Assembly: GCF_009914755.1 (NCBI RefSeq)
Contig: NC_060934.1
Source of the DNA: the human T2T-CHM13v2.0 reference genome, Homo sapiens
Length of the DNA stretch: 64,000 nt
Direction: 5' to 3' (one strand)
Of the stretch, positions 12,719 to 26,051 are shown piece by piece. Positions within the stretch are counted from its first letter, which is position 1. Each line of letters begins with the position of its first letter. The position numbers were made by a program, and so were the translations under genes. The notes under the pieces were generated by a model. That model was given only the letters and a program-made list of their open reading frames with translations. It had not been told where the DNA came from and ran no database searches.

Positions 12719-14058
12719 CTCCCCCAAGGACCCACAAGGACTGCGGCCTCTTAGCGTGTGTGGAGTCATCACACTGACCCTTAGCAGTGTGGCCTGACTT
12801 CATGAGGCCCCCGTTGTCATGGAGATGCTGGGAATGGGAGGATTTGCCACCCTCCAGTGAGGAGCCCCCATCCCATGAGTGCAAAGCCTGAACCGGCCCT
12901 TCCCTAATTGGCACCTCTATCCTATTTTCTTTGGCTGAGGAAATTCTCGTAAATGTATATTTAATGTGGTGTTGAGATTGGTAGTTCTCCCCCATCCCCC
13001 AAAGATCATCAAATCTCTGGGGGTCTTTCAAAACCTAAAGGTGATCTCCCTGGTCCTATTATGCTGTTTTGTTTTTGCTTCTTTTCTTTTTCTTGAAAGA
13101 CCTAATTGTGGAGTTTTTTCCCCCTTCTATGAATCCCAAGTAAGGAACTAAAATGGAAGACGGGCTTCTGGCTCCCGCTGCAGCAGATGGGATAATTCTA
13201 CAGGTGATTGCCCTGGAGGTCTGCAAGGGAGGGAGAGCGGCACCATTAGACTAACACAGCTCTATTATTGACTAATGACGAACAGCGTCGCCTTGCCTTG
13301 CCACCTTAAAACAGACACAGGGATTTGCTACTCTATTTGTTTTATAAAATATGCATTGAGAGCAACACCAAAATGCTGAATGACAGGTGACCCTCAGAGC
13401 ACGCCTGGTATGCACTGCGTTAGCTTGCCAGTATTTCTTAGAGACTTATTTGATTCTAATTCAGTAGGATTTTTAACCCCAACATTTTGAAATCTTGCTT
13501 TGAAAGTCCATGTTATTCCCATTAACGTCAGTGAGTTTTTCACATATCTAAATATCTAATATCATGCTTTGAGAATTGAAGCCCAGCCTGCTCTTTAAAA
13601 GCAAGGGAGCTCACCACATCCTGGAGTTCTGCAGTGATTTGACATGTCCTGGAAGAAATTATCTTCGCAAGAAAGTAAGTTTAGTTGATTGAAATGAAAT
13701 TAACACCACATTTCTGTGTCATAATGTATTAACCTGATTGGCTAGCTGGATTCCAGCCTGTTTACAAACATCCTGAAGCCTAGATGGCCCCTTCCTCAGT
13801 GTCCTTAACTGCTGTTCTCGCCCTTAGCTCGCGTGCCCAACCCTAAGGCTGAAAACGCCCCCTGTAGGCTACTGTAAGCTGTAGCATTCAAGGCCTCCCG
13901 GGTGTCGCTGTAATTTCTTGTATACATTTTAGCTCCATCTGTGGCATAGGTACCATTCAATGTTATCTTAATACACTAGCTTTGGATTTTGTGGCTGCAA
14001 CAATAACAAAAAAAAATCCTTGGTTCTGATGACTTCATGTTGTTTCAGAAGATACTCA

Positions 14059-14433
<375 letters not shown>

Positions 14434-15760
14434 CTATCCACGGCGTAAGGGAGTTAGCTTCATGGCAAGCTCTCTGGAGAACACAGGCCATTGTACCTGC
14501 TCATGAGAACAGAAGTGAAAGTCACACAGCATGCATATTAGTTCCGAGGCTACTGGCATTATTATTTAATGATGAGTTAGTGCAAATTGAGGGGTGAGGA
14601 AGTAGCATGTACAAAGGCCCTGAAGATGAATGACTGTGTGAAATTTTGAAGAGCAGTTTAGCCCGAAAATATTCCATGAGTAGCTGCCAGGAGAGCTTTT
14701 CTGGAACAGTATTAAACTTTAGAAAAAGTGTTCTGACATTTATAGACTGACACGAAAACAGAAGTAAAAGTCTAAATTGAACCAAAGTCCTCCTTAAAGA
14801 TTGCCTTTGAAATTGAGTAATGGCGGATGCCCAGCACCTGATGTTTGGGCACGGGCGACAGGACGTAGGGTGGTCATCCGAATATCCCTGCCCCACTCCC
14901 CAGCTCTCTATGGCATTAGTAGATGCTGGAAGATGAGGCCGTGTTTTCTCTTTCATCACCCGTGCAGTGAAGGATTTGCGTGGTCTTTGGTGCTTTTCTT
15001 CTAAATAATGAACAATTATTTCTTGCGACATTTTGGTTTTTTACTGCCAATTCCAACAGCCATTTGTCTTTTCAGAGCTAAGTTTATAACTTCCTCCTTT
15101 CTCTCCTGTCACTTTTACCCCATTCTGATTTTTCATCTCCCTGCCAATTGTGGTTTCGTTTCTGAGCACTCATTTATTAATCCTTCTTTTTCATTTCCCA
15201 GAACACGTGCTGGTGTAAATCTTTTTGCAGTTAAAGTATTACATTAACCTTTTTGATAGCATGGGGTGGTATCTCGGCGGATGGGCGAGTGCTGTTCGCC
15301 TGTGGTCTGTCTCAGGGGTTCTAGTTGGAAGGCGTCCTGCAGCCATTTCTTCAGAGGCTAAGGTGTGGGGGAGCACCTTGGGGAAGAAGAAAACATAGTT
15401 TCTGCCCTTACAAAGCTGATACCCCATCAAACTTGAGATTAAAACAGACAAAAAACCCAAGAACCTACAGAGCACTGCAGAGAGGCCTTGGGACCCTCTG
15501 ACAGAGTCAGTGGGGAGTCGGCTGGGAAGGGCAGCTTTTCTGTCCCAGCAGCCTTGCTTCCTCTTCAGCATGCTGAGGGACATGGAGCCCTCCACCATTA
15601 TCTGAATTGATTCCATCTTTCTCTCCTGCCTCTGCTGTGGGTTTCCATAATGTGAAATTAATGCATGTGCTTAGGTTGCGGGGGGCCAACCCCTCAGAAA
15701 TATGCAAAGACTTCAAGGGAGACCTTTTCTTTTCACAAAGAGGAAGATCCCCCACCCCCA

Positions 15761-15793
<33 letters not shown>

Positions 15794-15800
15794 CATGCAC
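15761..15800. repeat. (AC)n microsatellite with an imperfect 3' end
   Basis: Read directly. Confidence 0.95.
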
Positions 15801-15869
15801 AGTTTGCATAGCCGGAGTAGGGAGTATCTCTTTCTGGGGAATGTTCGTATGTCACTGTTGATTTTACAT

Positions 15870-17080
15870 TGTTTTTCCTTTCTTTGACTTGAAAATTTTT
15901 AAAGTAACACAAATTTATTATTTTAAAAACTTCAACTCTGGAAGTACAGCCATAAAATCCTCTTTCCAGAAGCAATCAGTCTTAGTCCTTTGGAATGCAA
16001 CCTTATAAATCTGTTTCTGTTGTAAATATACTTCCCTGTTCTTACCTGCCTTTACCTGGAGAGTACATAGTATATTCTTTTGTGAGTAGGACTTTAACTT
16101 CCTAATATATCATAGGCTTTCCGCAGCTGGTTCTGTATTATGGATTACTGTAATTTATTAACTTTTCCCACTTTGAGTGGAAATTTAGTTTATTTCCAAC
16201 TTTTTTTTTTTGCTTTTATGGTGTTATGAACATTTGTGTATGTCTGTATTTCTGTGCTGTGTGCAAGTATTTCTGTGGGATAGACGTCTAGGAGAGGAAT
16301 TGTTTGGCCAAAGGGCATACACATTTAAATGTTCACGGATGCAGCCCAGACCCCCCTCATAAGGCTGTACCAACTCATACTCTCAGCAGTAATAAAGACG
16401 CGTCCATTTCTCACACCTCTGCAGAGGATTTCTAAAATGGCTTTTTATTTTTCAAAAAGCTTACATTTGACAACTATTGATGTTGTGCAACTTTCTGTGT
16501 TTATTAGCCAATTATATTTTTTTCTCCTTTGATTTACTTATACATATTCTTTGCTTTTTTCGATTGTTTCTTTTAGTAACTCTGCAGTATGGCTACTAGT
16601 CCTTTGTCTAACAAGTTATACATATTTTATTCTAGTCTCTTTTCTTAGCAGTTTAGTGGTGTCTTTTAGTCACGCTGGAGTTTTAAAGTTTTCCGCAATT
16701 TAATCTGACGATCAATTTACTGGAGTTTCCAGTTTTGAGTCCTGCTTTGAAGCGCCACTGTAAGATTTCGAAAAAGGACTATCTTGACTTACGGTTTTGT
16801 TTTAATATTTTTAATTTACTGGTAATTTGCTTTCGTGTGACCTGAGAATGATCTGACATAAGGTTTTTCTACATAGATGGTTTTGCTACACCCTTTCCAT
16901 AGGCTTCACTGTCATCTACCCTCATCACTGAAATGTCCCCTTCATCTTATTCTGACCTTTCCTGTGTGTGGGTCTAGATACAGGCTCTGTTCTGTCCATT
17001 GCTATTCCTGGGCCAGCTCTTCCCTGATAGTAATGTGGCTCTGCAGACAGTTCCACGTGTAGAGGATGTGTCCTTTTTCA
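15870..17080 (-). mobile_element. Old L1 (L1M-type) 3' region relic
   Basis: T-rich, with decayed antisense L1 motifs such as tttctgtgggatagacgtctaggagaggaattg and ccatttctcacacctct. Boundaries are approximate. Confidence 0.6.
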
Positions 17081-17304
17081 TTCTTGTTTGTAAATAAGAA
17101 TGGGGGTGGGGACACGGGAGGCAGAATCATAAACAAATAGCCTGACAGAACAGGGATAATAAAAATTTAAAGAAAAAGGGGGTTAGGGGAAGTAGAGTAA
17201 GATCATGCCCTACTGTATAGGTCATAGGTAGGAATCAAAGGAAACTATTTCAAGCTCACAGACCAGGAAGTGGAAGATTAGGCAAGGAAAAAAAGGAATT
17301 AAAA

Positions 17305-17421
17305 TAGGGTGACCAGTCATCCCAGCTCGCCTGTGACTGAGGGGCCTCCCAGGACACGGAACTTTCCGTTTTAACACTGGGAAAATCCTGGGTAAACTGC
17401 TGGGACAAGTTGGTCACCCTA
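17305..17421. mobile_element. MER81-like non-autonomous hAT (Blackjack) element
   Basis: 117 bp with perfect 11-bp terminal inverted repeats TAGGGTGACCA...TGGTCACCCTA. Confidence 0.85.
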
Positions 17422-17429
17422 GATTACAG

Positions 17430-19180
17430 ACGCTATAAAAGATATACACACAAAGGTACCACTAGAATAAAAACACTTTACAAAATATTAACCTAAAAGA
17501 AAAAGCAAAGAAGACTAAAGAGACACAGTAACCCTCACTGCAATTCCAGCATCAGCCAACAGGACAAAGCGGAAGCTGTGTCAGGAACTGTCAGGGGGCT
17601 TAGCTGCTTCTGGAAATGAAATTTCACGTTGGCTTGGTAAGGCAGCCCGTAGCTCAGCACATGTGAGCAGCACATGTGAAACACAGTGATTCACAAGGGA
17701 AGGGCAAAGGGATGGGCGGTGATTAATCAGGCAAATGAAACCATAGGGAAGCAGGGGTTGCCATCTTGGGATTAGACCAAGCAGAAATCAGGCTAAAAAG
17801 GCATTATAAGAGACAGATGAGAACACCTTAAAATGCTAAAAGTCACACTCATAATGAAGATAAAACCCATGTAACACAGAAACCACCTGTATAAAGCAGA
17901 ACCTACAGCATACGCAAAGAGAAATAAATAGCAACACGGAAATTGTCAGAGATGTTAACACACTATTCTCAGTACAAGACAGGTCAAGTGGCCACAAGTA
18001 AGGAATGATACAGGAGACCCAAACAACCTATCCCGTCACAGATACATATTGAAATGCATTCGCTGAGTAGAAAATACGTCTGTTTCTCAACATACATGGA
18101 ATATTTACAAAAGCTTATCAAAAATTAGGTTATGAAGAAAAGTTTTATAAAAGAATTGTTACAATCAACATTCTCTGATCACAGTGCAATAAAACTATAA
18201 ATTGTTAACAAAAACAAGGCCCATCCACCTAGAGACTTAAAACCTATTCTTGAATGAAAGTGGAAATATAAACCAACGTAATAGAATGTCTGTAAAATAA
18301 TAACTCTGTGTATCAAAGGCATAGTTAATGCAGTGATTAGAGAATTCATGACTGTAGACACCTATATCAGTAAAAATGAGGGAAGAAAAATAAATGGAAT
18401 TAATACCAAACTCAGAAAACTATGAAAAATTAAAAGGGAAGCCAAAAAAGTATAGGAAAGGAAATAATAGAAGCAGAAAATAACGAAGTAGAGAAGGAAA
18501 AAGCATTTATTTAATCAGTAAATCAAATTCTAGGTCCTTTGAAAAAAATTTAAACAGACAAATCATTAGTTATTTTATTCAAGGAAAAAAATGGGGAAAC
18601 ACAAATATATAAAATGAGAATGACAACAGGGAAATAAGTATTGATACAGAAGTTTTTAAAAAGCACAAGAGACTAATTTGCAAATAAATATGAAAACATT
18701 TTTGAAGTGCATAATTAGGAAAAATCCAGTTTTAGCAAAATTAACCCCAGTAGAGATAGAAAGCTTAAATAAACCAATTTACATGGAAGAAACAGAGAAC
18801 ATTTTCAAAGAACTACCTCACAAAATGGGTCTGAGCCCAGTTGCTTTCACAGGGGAATTCTAGTAAATCTTTTGTGTAGATGATTCTAATGATACATAAA
18901 TTGTTTAAAAGCATAAGAAATGAAGGGAAACGTCCCATATTTTTTATGCAGCAAGTACAAATTGAAACCTAAACCTGGTAAAGATAGTATATTGTAAGGA
19001 AAATAAAAACTAATATAATATGGAAATATTGATGCAGAAATCCCAATGAATATTAGTGAATAGATTCCGACACCTCATTAGTAGTATAATATACCTCAAC
19101 AAATATAACCTTTCTATGCCCAGGAATGCAAGGGTAGTTTGGTATTAGGAAATCTGTTCATTGCATTGCAGATGAATAAT
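17430..19180 (+). mobile_element. Decayed L1 ORF2 (endonuclease to early RT) relic
   Basis: A-rich. Motifs aagcaggggttgccatctt, ttctctgatcacagtgcaataaaacta and ccaggaatgcaaggg are collinear with L1 ORF2. The frame is broken by many stops. Confidence 0.8.
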
Positions 19181-19199
19181 ATAATCATGCAAAAAGGAA

Positions 19200-21220
19200 G
19201 GAAAAAAGTACCAATGCAAGTAACTTAAACACTGTACTCTGATGACATGTACTCAATTGTAGGGGGAAAACTACAAATATTCTTCTTAATAACTTTGTTT
19301 TTCATAGTGATGTGGAATTATTTCATGTGTATGTGGATTGAGAAAATGACTAAGTGTGTTGATGTTTGGGAGAACCCCCTGTGAAGAAGAGGGACACTTA
19401 CATGGAGTAGGCGTCAAGGAAGAAGTTGGTGCAGTTGACTTGGAATCAGCATCATCTATATGGACTCATTATTTCTCAAACATGCACATATGTACACACT
19501 TCTTCCAGCTCTAGCTAGAACTAAAAAGGCCTAGAGGCAGTAATACCCCAGTCACAAAGAACACACCTAGTTCCCAGTCTTATTTTCAAAATACCATGCA
19601 CCACTGAAAAGGATCTTGTGCAGCTTGGAGAAATGGCTGATTCCAGGATGGGGGCAGCAAAGACACAAAAGGAGCCTAGAACAAGAAGAATGATAAGCAG
19701 GATGAGAAGGAAGAATACAAAATGAGCCCAGAATTAGCAGGGGGAAGAGAAGCCAATTTTTAAAATGGGCAAAACATTGGAACAGGCACTTCACCAAAGA
19801 ATGCATATAAATGGAAGATAAGCATATGAAAATATGCTCAACATCTTCACCCTTAGCAAATGAAAACTAAAACCACAAGGAGATTCCACTACATGCTTAT
19901 TAGAATGGCTAAAGTGAACTGACAGTGCCAAGTGCTGATGAAGATGCAGAGCAGCCAGAGTCCATTGCGGGGGAAAATGCTGAATTACAGCCACCAGGGT
20001 GACAGTCAGGCAGGTTTAAAAAATAGAGTTGAACATACACTTACCATATGGCACAGAAATCTGACTTAAATGTTTACTCAAGTGAACAAAAACAGATACC
20101 TACTCACCCACCCATCCACTCCTTCAGTCACCCACCCACTCCTTCAGTCACCCACCCACTCCATCACTCTCTCTCTCTTCACCCACTCACCCACCCCCCC
20201 ACCTACCCACTCACCCACCTACTCACTCCCCCACCCACCCCCCAACTCACTTACCCCCACACCCGCTCACCCACCCATCCTCTCCCCTCTCCCAACTCTC
20301 TCTCTCCCAACTCTCTCTCTCTCTCTAACTCAGAAAAGTGGCTTTACTCAGAGTCTCCCCAAGCCTTAAACAGCCATTCCCTCACTTGGAGAACTGAGTA
20401 AGTAGATAAGCTGTAGTTCATCCGTACCATGCAGTTCAGATCAGCCCTGAGAAAGGAGCAGACAATTGATACATACAACATCATGAATGACTCTCAAGGC
20501 ATTATGCATTTGATAGTGGAAGAAGCCAGACACTGAGATGACATTACTCCACTTACAGGACTGACTGTGGGAGGCAAAACCACTGGGACAGCAAATCAGT
20601 GGTAGCGAGGGATGGGATTGAGGGGGAAAGAGGTTTCCTATGAAGGACCACAGGAAGTGCTTAGGATGATGGAACTCTGGCTTGAGCTTAGTGATGGTCA
20701 TGTGACTGTAGGTGTTTGTCAAAACTTACAGAACTAAACACCAACAAGGGTGAGTTTTACTTCATGTAAAAAATGTTAATGTCATGAAAGACAAAGGCTG
20801 TAAAACTGTTCCAGCTTGAGGGAGACTGAAGAGACATGGCGACTGAATACAACGTGTGCCTGTACTCCAGGGAAAGTGTATTGTGGGAGAGACTTAATTG
20901 GGACAATTGATGAAATTGGCTATGGATTATATGTTAGATAAAAGCACTGTGTTGATGTAGAATTTCCTCAGTTTGACAACTGTACTGTATTATGGTTACC
21001 TAAGAGAATATTCTTAGGAAATAAGATGTGTGATATACCCAAAGTAACTCTCAAATGGTTCACACAAACAAATAATAATGTTTGTGTGGGGAGGGAGGGG
21101 GAGAGAAAGAAAAAACAGTGGCAAGATGGTAAAAACAGGTGAATCTAGGTAAAGAATATACTGGTGTTCTCTGTATTCTTGTAACTTTTCTGCAAGTTTA
21201 ACGTTATTTGAAACAAATTT
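19200..21220 (+). mobile_element. Mosaic of old L1 3' fragments (L1MC/L1ME-type)
   Basis: Motifs aaaatgggcaaaacattggaacaggcacttcaccaaaga, gcattatgcatttgatagtggaagaagccagacac and ggtgaatctaggtaaagaatatactggtgttctctgtattcttgtaacttttctg. Confidence 0.7.
20098..20330. repeat. C-rich low-complexity tract with a 20-bp unit (CACCCACCCACTCCTTCAGT), about 3 copies, and (CT)n
   Basis: Read directly. The tract interrupts the L1 relic. Confidence 0.9.
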
Positions 21221-21224
21221 TAAC

Positions 21225-24060
21225 TATTTCAGTGTTCTAGATCATATATCTTTTTCCATGCTTTTAGAATGCATTTGTCAACTTTCACGTTTTAAAAATC
21301 CAGTTACAGTTTTGATTCAGGGTGCATTCACTATGTAGATTAATTTGGGATCACAATGAATTTCTGTTAATTTTGAGAAAATTTATATTTCTGATATTTT
21401 CCTATCTAGGAATATGCTGTTTTTTCACTTATTCAGCACTTCTTTTATGTCTTTCCATAAAATTTTATACTATGAGTCATAGAACTCATATTTTTTGCTA
21501 AGTTTAGCCATATATATTTTTTAATGTTTGTTTTATAAATGAGCTCTTTTCACCTCATTGAAATTACTAATTTATTATTTCTGACATACAGAAAAGCTGT
21601 TGACTTTTGTACTTGGCCATTCTGCTAAATTCTCTTATTAGTTCTAACATCAATTTATTCTCTTTAACTTTCTCTAATAATACCTGGAAATAATGATAAT
21701 TTTGTTTATTCCTTCCTAATATTTTTATCTGTTATTTCTTTGTCTTGTCATGCATTGACCAGAACCTAGACAACAATGCTGAGAGTAGTGATACTGTTGA
21801 TGGGGTGTGCCTACCCAACAGTTGTAGAAGTTTTTGTTTCTAATGTTTGCTGCTTATGAAACATAAGATGGTAATTAACAGGTGATTGCTGGAAGTTCTT
21901 GGCTTGGTTCCCACACCTGAAAAGCATTTGTGATTTACTGAAAACCAGTGCATGTTGAAGGCTTCCCAGCCTTACATAATTGAGATTCACTTTGACTGTC
22001 ATATTGCCAAAAATGGACTCAAACCCTGAAGTTGTATCCATACCATCTTGAGAATCAGTTGTTTGAAGCGTCACCCATTGTTTCTAACCATTTTTGTTAT
22101 AAAGATAATACACACAGAGAGAAGCGCCTGCAGTGAATCTTTGTGTAACCATCATGCAGATCAGGAGACAAACCATGGCGGCCCCTCAGAACTCTGCCAC
22201 GTGTTTCTTCCCATCTTTTGCTGCTGCTGCTCCCAGAAGTAACCCTATTCCGACTTTTCTGGGTTTTCTTGGTAATCAATTTCTGGTTTTTCTTTATAGA
22301 GTTGTTGCCTAAGTATGCACCCTTCAACACGATACTGTTGTTTTGCTTGTACTTTTTGTTAACTGTACATATAATAAATTATGTTATATATTTCTTTATT
22401 GCAGGCTCCTTTAATCCAGTGTTATGTTTGGGAGACGCACCCATACAACTGCATGTCACCGTAGCTTGTTCATTTCCAGTGTCGTGTAGTGTCCCTTCAT
22501 GTGAATTTATCACAGTTTATTAGTATCTTCCACTCTGATGGACATTTGGTAGTTGGAATTTTCATTACTAATGATGCCCCTGCCTGTGGTCATTCCTGCC
22601 TGCCTCTTGATGCACACAGGCACGCATTTCTGCTGGGTATGTCCTAGTTCCAGACTCACTGGTTATACGGTATGGATGTAATTATTGTTAGTTTTCCAGT
22701 GTGATTAAACATCAGATTAGCGCCCATTAGCAATGTCTGAGGCTGCCTGTTGCTCCACTCGGGTGCCCGTTTGGTATTAGGAGCTTCTTCAGCCATTCTT
22801 GTGTTTGTGTTCATGTATCTCATTGTGGTTTTAATTTTCATTTCTATAATGACTAATGTGGTTGAATATGTTTTTGTATGATTATTTGCCATTTGTATTT
22901 GCTCTTTTTAAAGTATTTGTACAGGACTTTCACCCATTCTCTTATTGTGTTGCCTTATATAGGAATTATTTCTATGTTCTAGATATGGATCCTTTGCTGG
23001 CCATATATGTTGAAAGTATCTCCACTCTTTGGCTTGCCTTTCATTATTTTAATTGTGTCTTGCTGAACAGAAGGTTTTAATGTCAAGGTAGTTTTTAGTC
23101 AATCCCCTCATTTATGATTGGTGCATTTTGTCAGGTTTAAGAAGTCTTTTCTTTCCCATAAGAACGTGAAGAAAACATATTCTCCTATGTTTTATAGACC
23201 ATAGGTTGGCAAACTTTTTTCTGTAAAGGACTAAATAGTAAACATTTTAAGCTTTGTGGACCACAGATAGTCTCTGCTACATATTCATCTTAAAAAAAAA
23301 AAAAGAATAACCTTTAGAAGTATAAAAACCATTCTTAGATGCTGGGCCAGAGTGGGCCAGGCTGTACTTTGCCTGTTCCTGTTCTAGAAGTCACAGTTAT
23401 TTGCTCTCACCTTTACAGTTATGATTTCAGTTGCAGTTGGTTTTGTTTTTTGTTGTTTGGGTTTACAGCATGAGACATGGGACATCTCTAAATGGATATT
23501 TATTCATGTTGAGAAGTCCATTTATTCCCCATGTCTATGCAGTGACCCCTTTGTCACAAGTGAAATGAGTCTGTTTCTCAGTTGTCTATTCCATTTTATT
23601 GTCCTATTTGCTTATTCTCCCACCATACCGCACTACTTTAATTATTGTAGCTTTATAACAAATTTTCAAATCTAATAGAGAAAGTACTTCATTTGTTCTT
23701 TTTACAACTGTCTTGGTTATTCTTGGTTAAGACATTTCCATTAGTATATAAATGAATCAGTTTGTCACATTTCAGTTTCAGAGTAATTTTTAAAAGAACT
23801 TTTTCTTTTTGAAATGTAGAGAAGGTTTTTAGAAAATCTTTTTCTTCTTGAAATTGTAGAGAAACATCTCTACAATTTTGAGTCATCAAATCTGTAAACA
23901 TATTATAGTCCTCCATTTGTTGAGGTTGTCTTAATCTTTCCCAATCATGACTTAAAGCCTTTCCCTACAGAAGTCTTGCATACATTTTGTTGGATTTATT
24001 ATTAGGTAGATGAATATTTAAATATATATAATCTATTGTAAGTGTTATGCATTTATTAAT
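21225..24060 (-). mobile_element. Old antisense L1 fragments (several, interrupted)
   Basis: Motifs gtatctcattgtggttttaattttcatttctataatgactaatg, ccactctgatggacatttgg and attattgtagctttataaca. Not necessarily one element. Confidence 0.6.
23200..23381 (+). mobile_element. MER58-family (MER58C-like) hAT-Charlie element nested in L1
   Basis: cataggttggcaaactttttt...ctgtaaagg...atagtaaacatttt...aaaaccattcttag...cctg. Degenerate 8-bp TSD ttatagac / ttctagaa. Confidence 0.8.
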
Positions 24061-24207
24061 TGGCAGTGCTTCCTTAAGTGTTTGTTGGAGCATGCTGCTG
24101 AAAGCATCTTGGCTTATACATTTCCATAGAAGATTTAAAATTATAGGACACTAGGTTTCCTGATATTTTTGTTTTTTTAAAAATCAACTTATTTTGTTTT
24201 ACTGCAA

Positions 24208-24337
24208 TTTTTTTTTGTTAAGAGACAGAGTCTCACTATGTTGCCCAGACTGGCTTCAAATTCCTGGACTCAAACAATTCTCCCACCTCAGCCTCCTAAA
24301 AAGCTGGAACTATGGATGCACACCACTGTGCCCACCT
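24208..24337 (-). mobile_element. Alu monomer (FLAM-like)
   Basis: T tail followed by gagacagagtctcactatgttgcccagactgg...caccactgtgcccacc. About 130 bp, single arm. Confidence 0.85.
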
Positions 24338-24464
24338 CTAATTTCCTTTTTTTCCTGATCTTTCTGGCTGGTTGCTTACCAATTTTACTCACCTTTTTAA
24401 TGACCCCACTTCTGGTTTTACTGCTTTTTCTTATTTTTTTGTTTGTTTTCTGTTTCATCAGTTT

Positions 24465-25460
24465 CCTATATGAGATCAACCCACAGACATACAATTTTAT
24501 TTGAGCATTTGTATTGCTTAGAAAGCATTTATAAAATTTTATTAAATTCTTCTCGACATTTTTCTTTCAGCATGGCATTACACTGCAGATTAATAATTTC
24601 CAATTAAAGGTTGGGTGGAAGCTCTTCAATTGCACAGTTAAAAAGACTTTGAAATATGGAGATTTCTTTTTGTACTTGCCTTGGGATCCACAAAAAACAA
24701 AACACTACCAGAACAGTAATTTGTGCTCAGAAATTATATCCACTGTAAATTTCTGTGGGAATAGAAATCTGGAGAAGTAAATGAACAGCTGATGTTTCTT
24801 ATGATTCAGTTGTTACTTTTCATCACAATAACTTTACTGAATTTTAAGCATATAATTACTGTTTTGCCTTGTAACTTTAGGTTGAATTTATTTTTAAAAA
24901 ATATAAAGTCCGATTTACAAAGCTATTTAATGTTTGATAACAATAGTTGAAGGAAATTCTTTTGATTCAGAAAAATTTTAATATCAAACCTGAACCATAA
25001 AAATTGCAGTAAAACGTTACTACCTCTGCTAAGTCATTGAAGTGCTTTGTGATACAGTATGTCAGGATATCCAGCTTCAGTTTCTGACTAAATTTCATAG
25101 AAATGATTGACATTAGGTCCGTGAGCATCAATGAAGTACACCATTGATTACACTCTTTAAATAATGTGCAATAGATTCAGATTCACATATTTTATGCAGA
25201 GTACCTGCTAGTAGGTAATATAGTAACCATAGGCCTTAACATTTTCATAAGTTTTTCAGTTTAGCCAACTAATCCTTTTTTGCTTCACACAATTTCACAA
25301 CCACCACTTATAACACATCTTAGCAGATTCCACTTCAGGTTGTACCGAATTAGTACTTTCTCATTTTTCTGAAAATCTTTTCTTTGGATTTAAAAATTTT
25401 TTCTTTGAAAATATTCTTGCCATGGCCATAGTTTGCCAGCTGTTAATCTAGCTTTCAAAA
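24465..25460 (-). mobile_element. hAT-Charlie (Charlie2-like) transposase fossil
   Basis: Minus-strand translation gives broken peptides SETEAGYPDILYHKALQ*LSRGSNVLLQF and EISIFQSLFNCAIEELPPNL*LEIINLQCNAMLK. These resemble the Charlie/GTF2IRD2-type transposase motifs (RWLS; C-terminal region). In-frame stops are present. Confidence 0.75.
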
Positions 25461-26051
25461 TAAGAAACCACAAAGAAGAGAAAATTGAAACATAGACCTA
25501 GTAGAAGAAAGGCAATAATGAAAAGCATAAATTAATGTAATGGAAATAAAAAAAATTTTTGAGAAAATCAAAGAAACCAATAGCTTATTTCAGTTTTGAA
25601 GACATCAATAAAAATGATAAAACTCAAACTGAGAAAGAGATTACAAATTACCCAAATTGATGTGGTAAGAGGAAATAAGTACAGATCCTACAGACATTAA
25701 AAGATTATGAAGGACATATTATAAACAGTTATGCCAGTAAATGTGACAACAGACAAAATGGACAGAAACATTGAAAGACACAAACTATCAAAGCTCTCTC
25801 AGGAATTCGTAACTTAGTTGCTGTGGTGCCTGTATGACTGTACATGTCAGTACTCATTGAACTGTATGTATGAAAAGATTTAATTTTTCTGTATGTGAAA
25901 ATTATCTCAATTTACTTGACTTTAAAATATTGTTTAATGCTGTCAGTCATTTGAGCTACACGTAGATTTACCATTTTTATTCTTTTCATCCTTTCTGTGT
26001 CTGTAGCCTTCTTTATGTGATAATCCTCCTTCTGCCTGAAGAATACCTTTT

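Noticed and set aside
17430-19180. L1 ORF2 as an active reverse transcriptase gene
   Set aside because: It is heavily decayed with stops and frameshifts. The younger L1PA at 42724-43797 is also truncated to about 1.1 kb.
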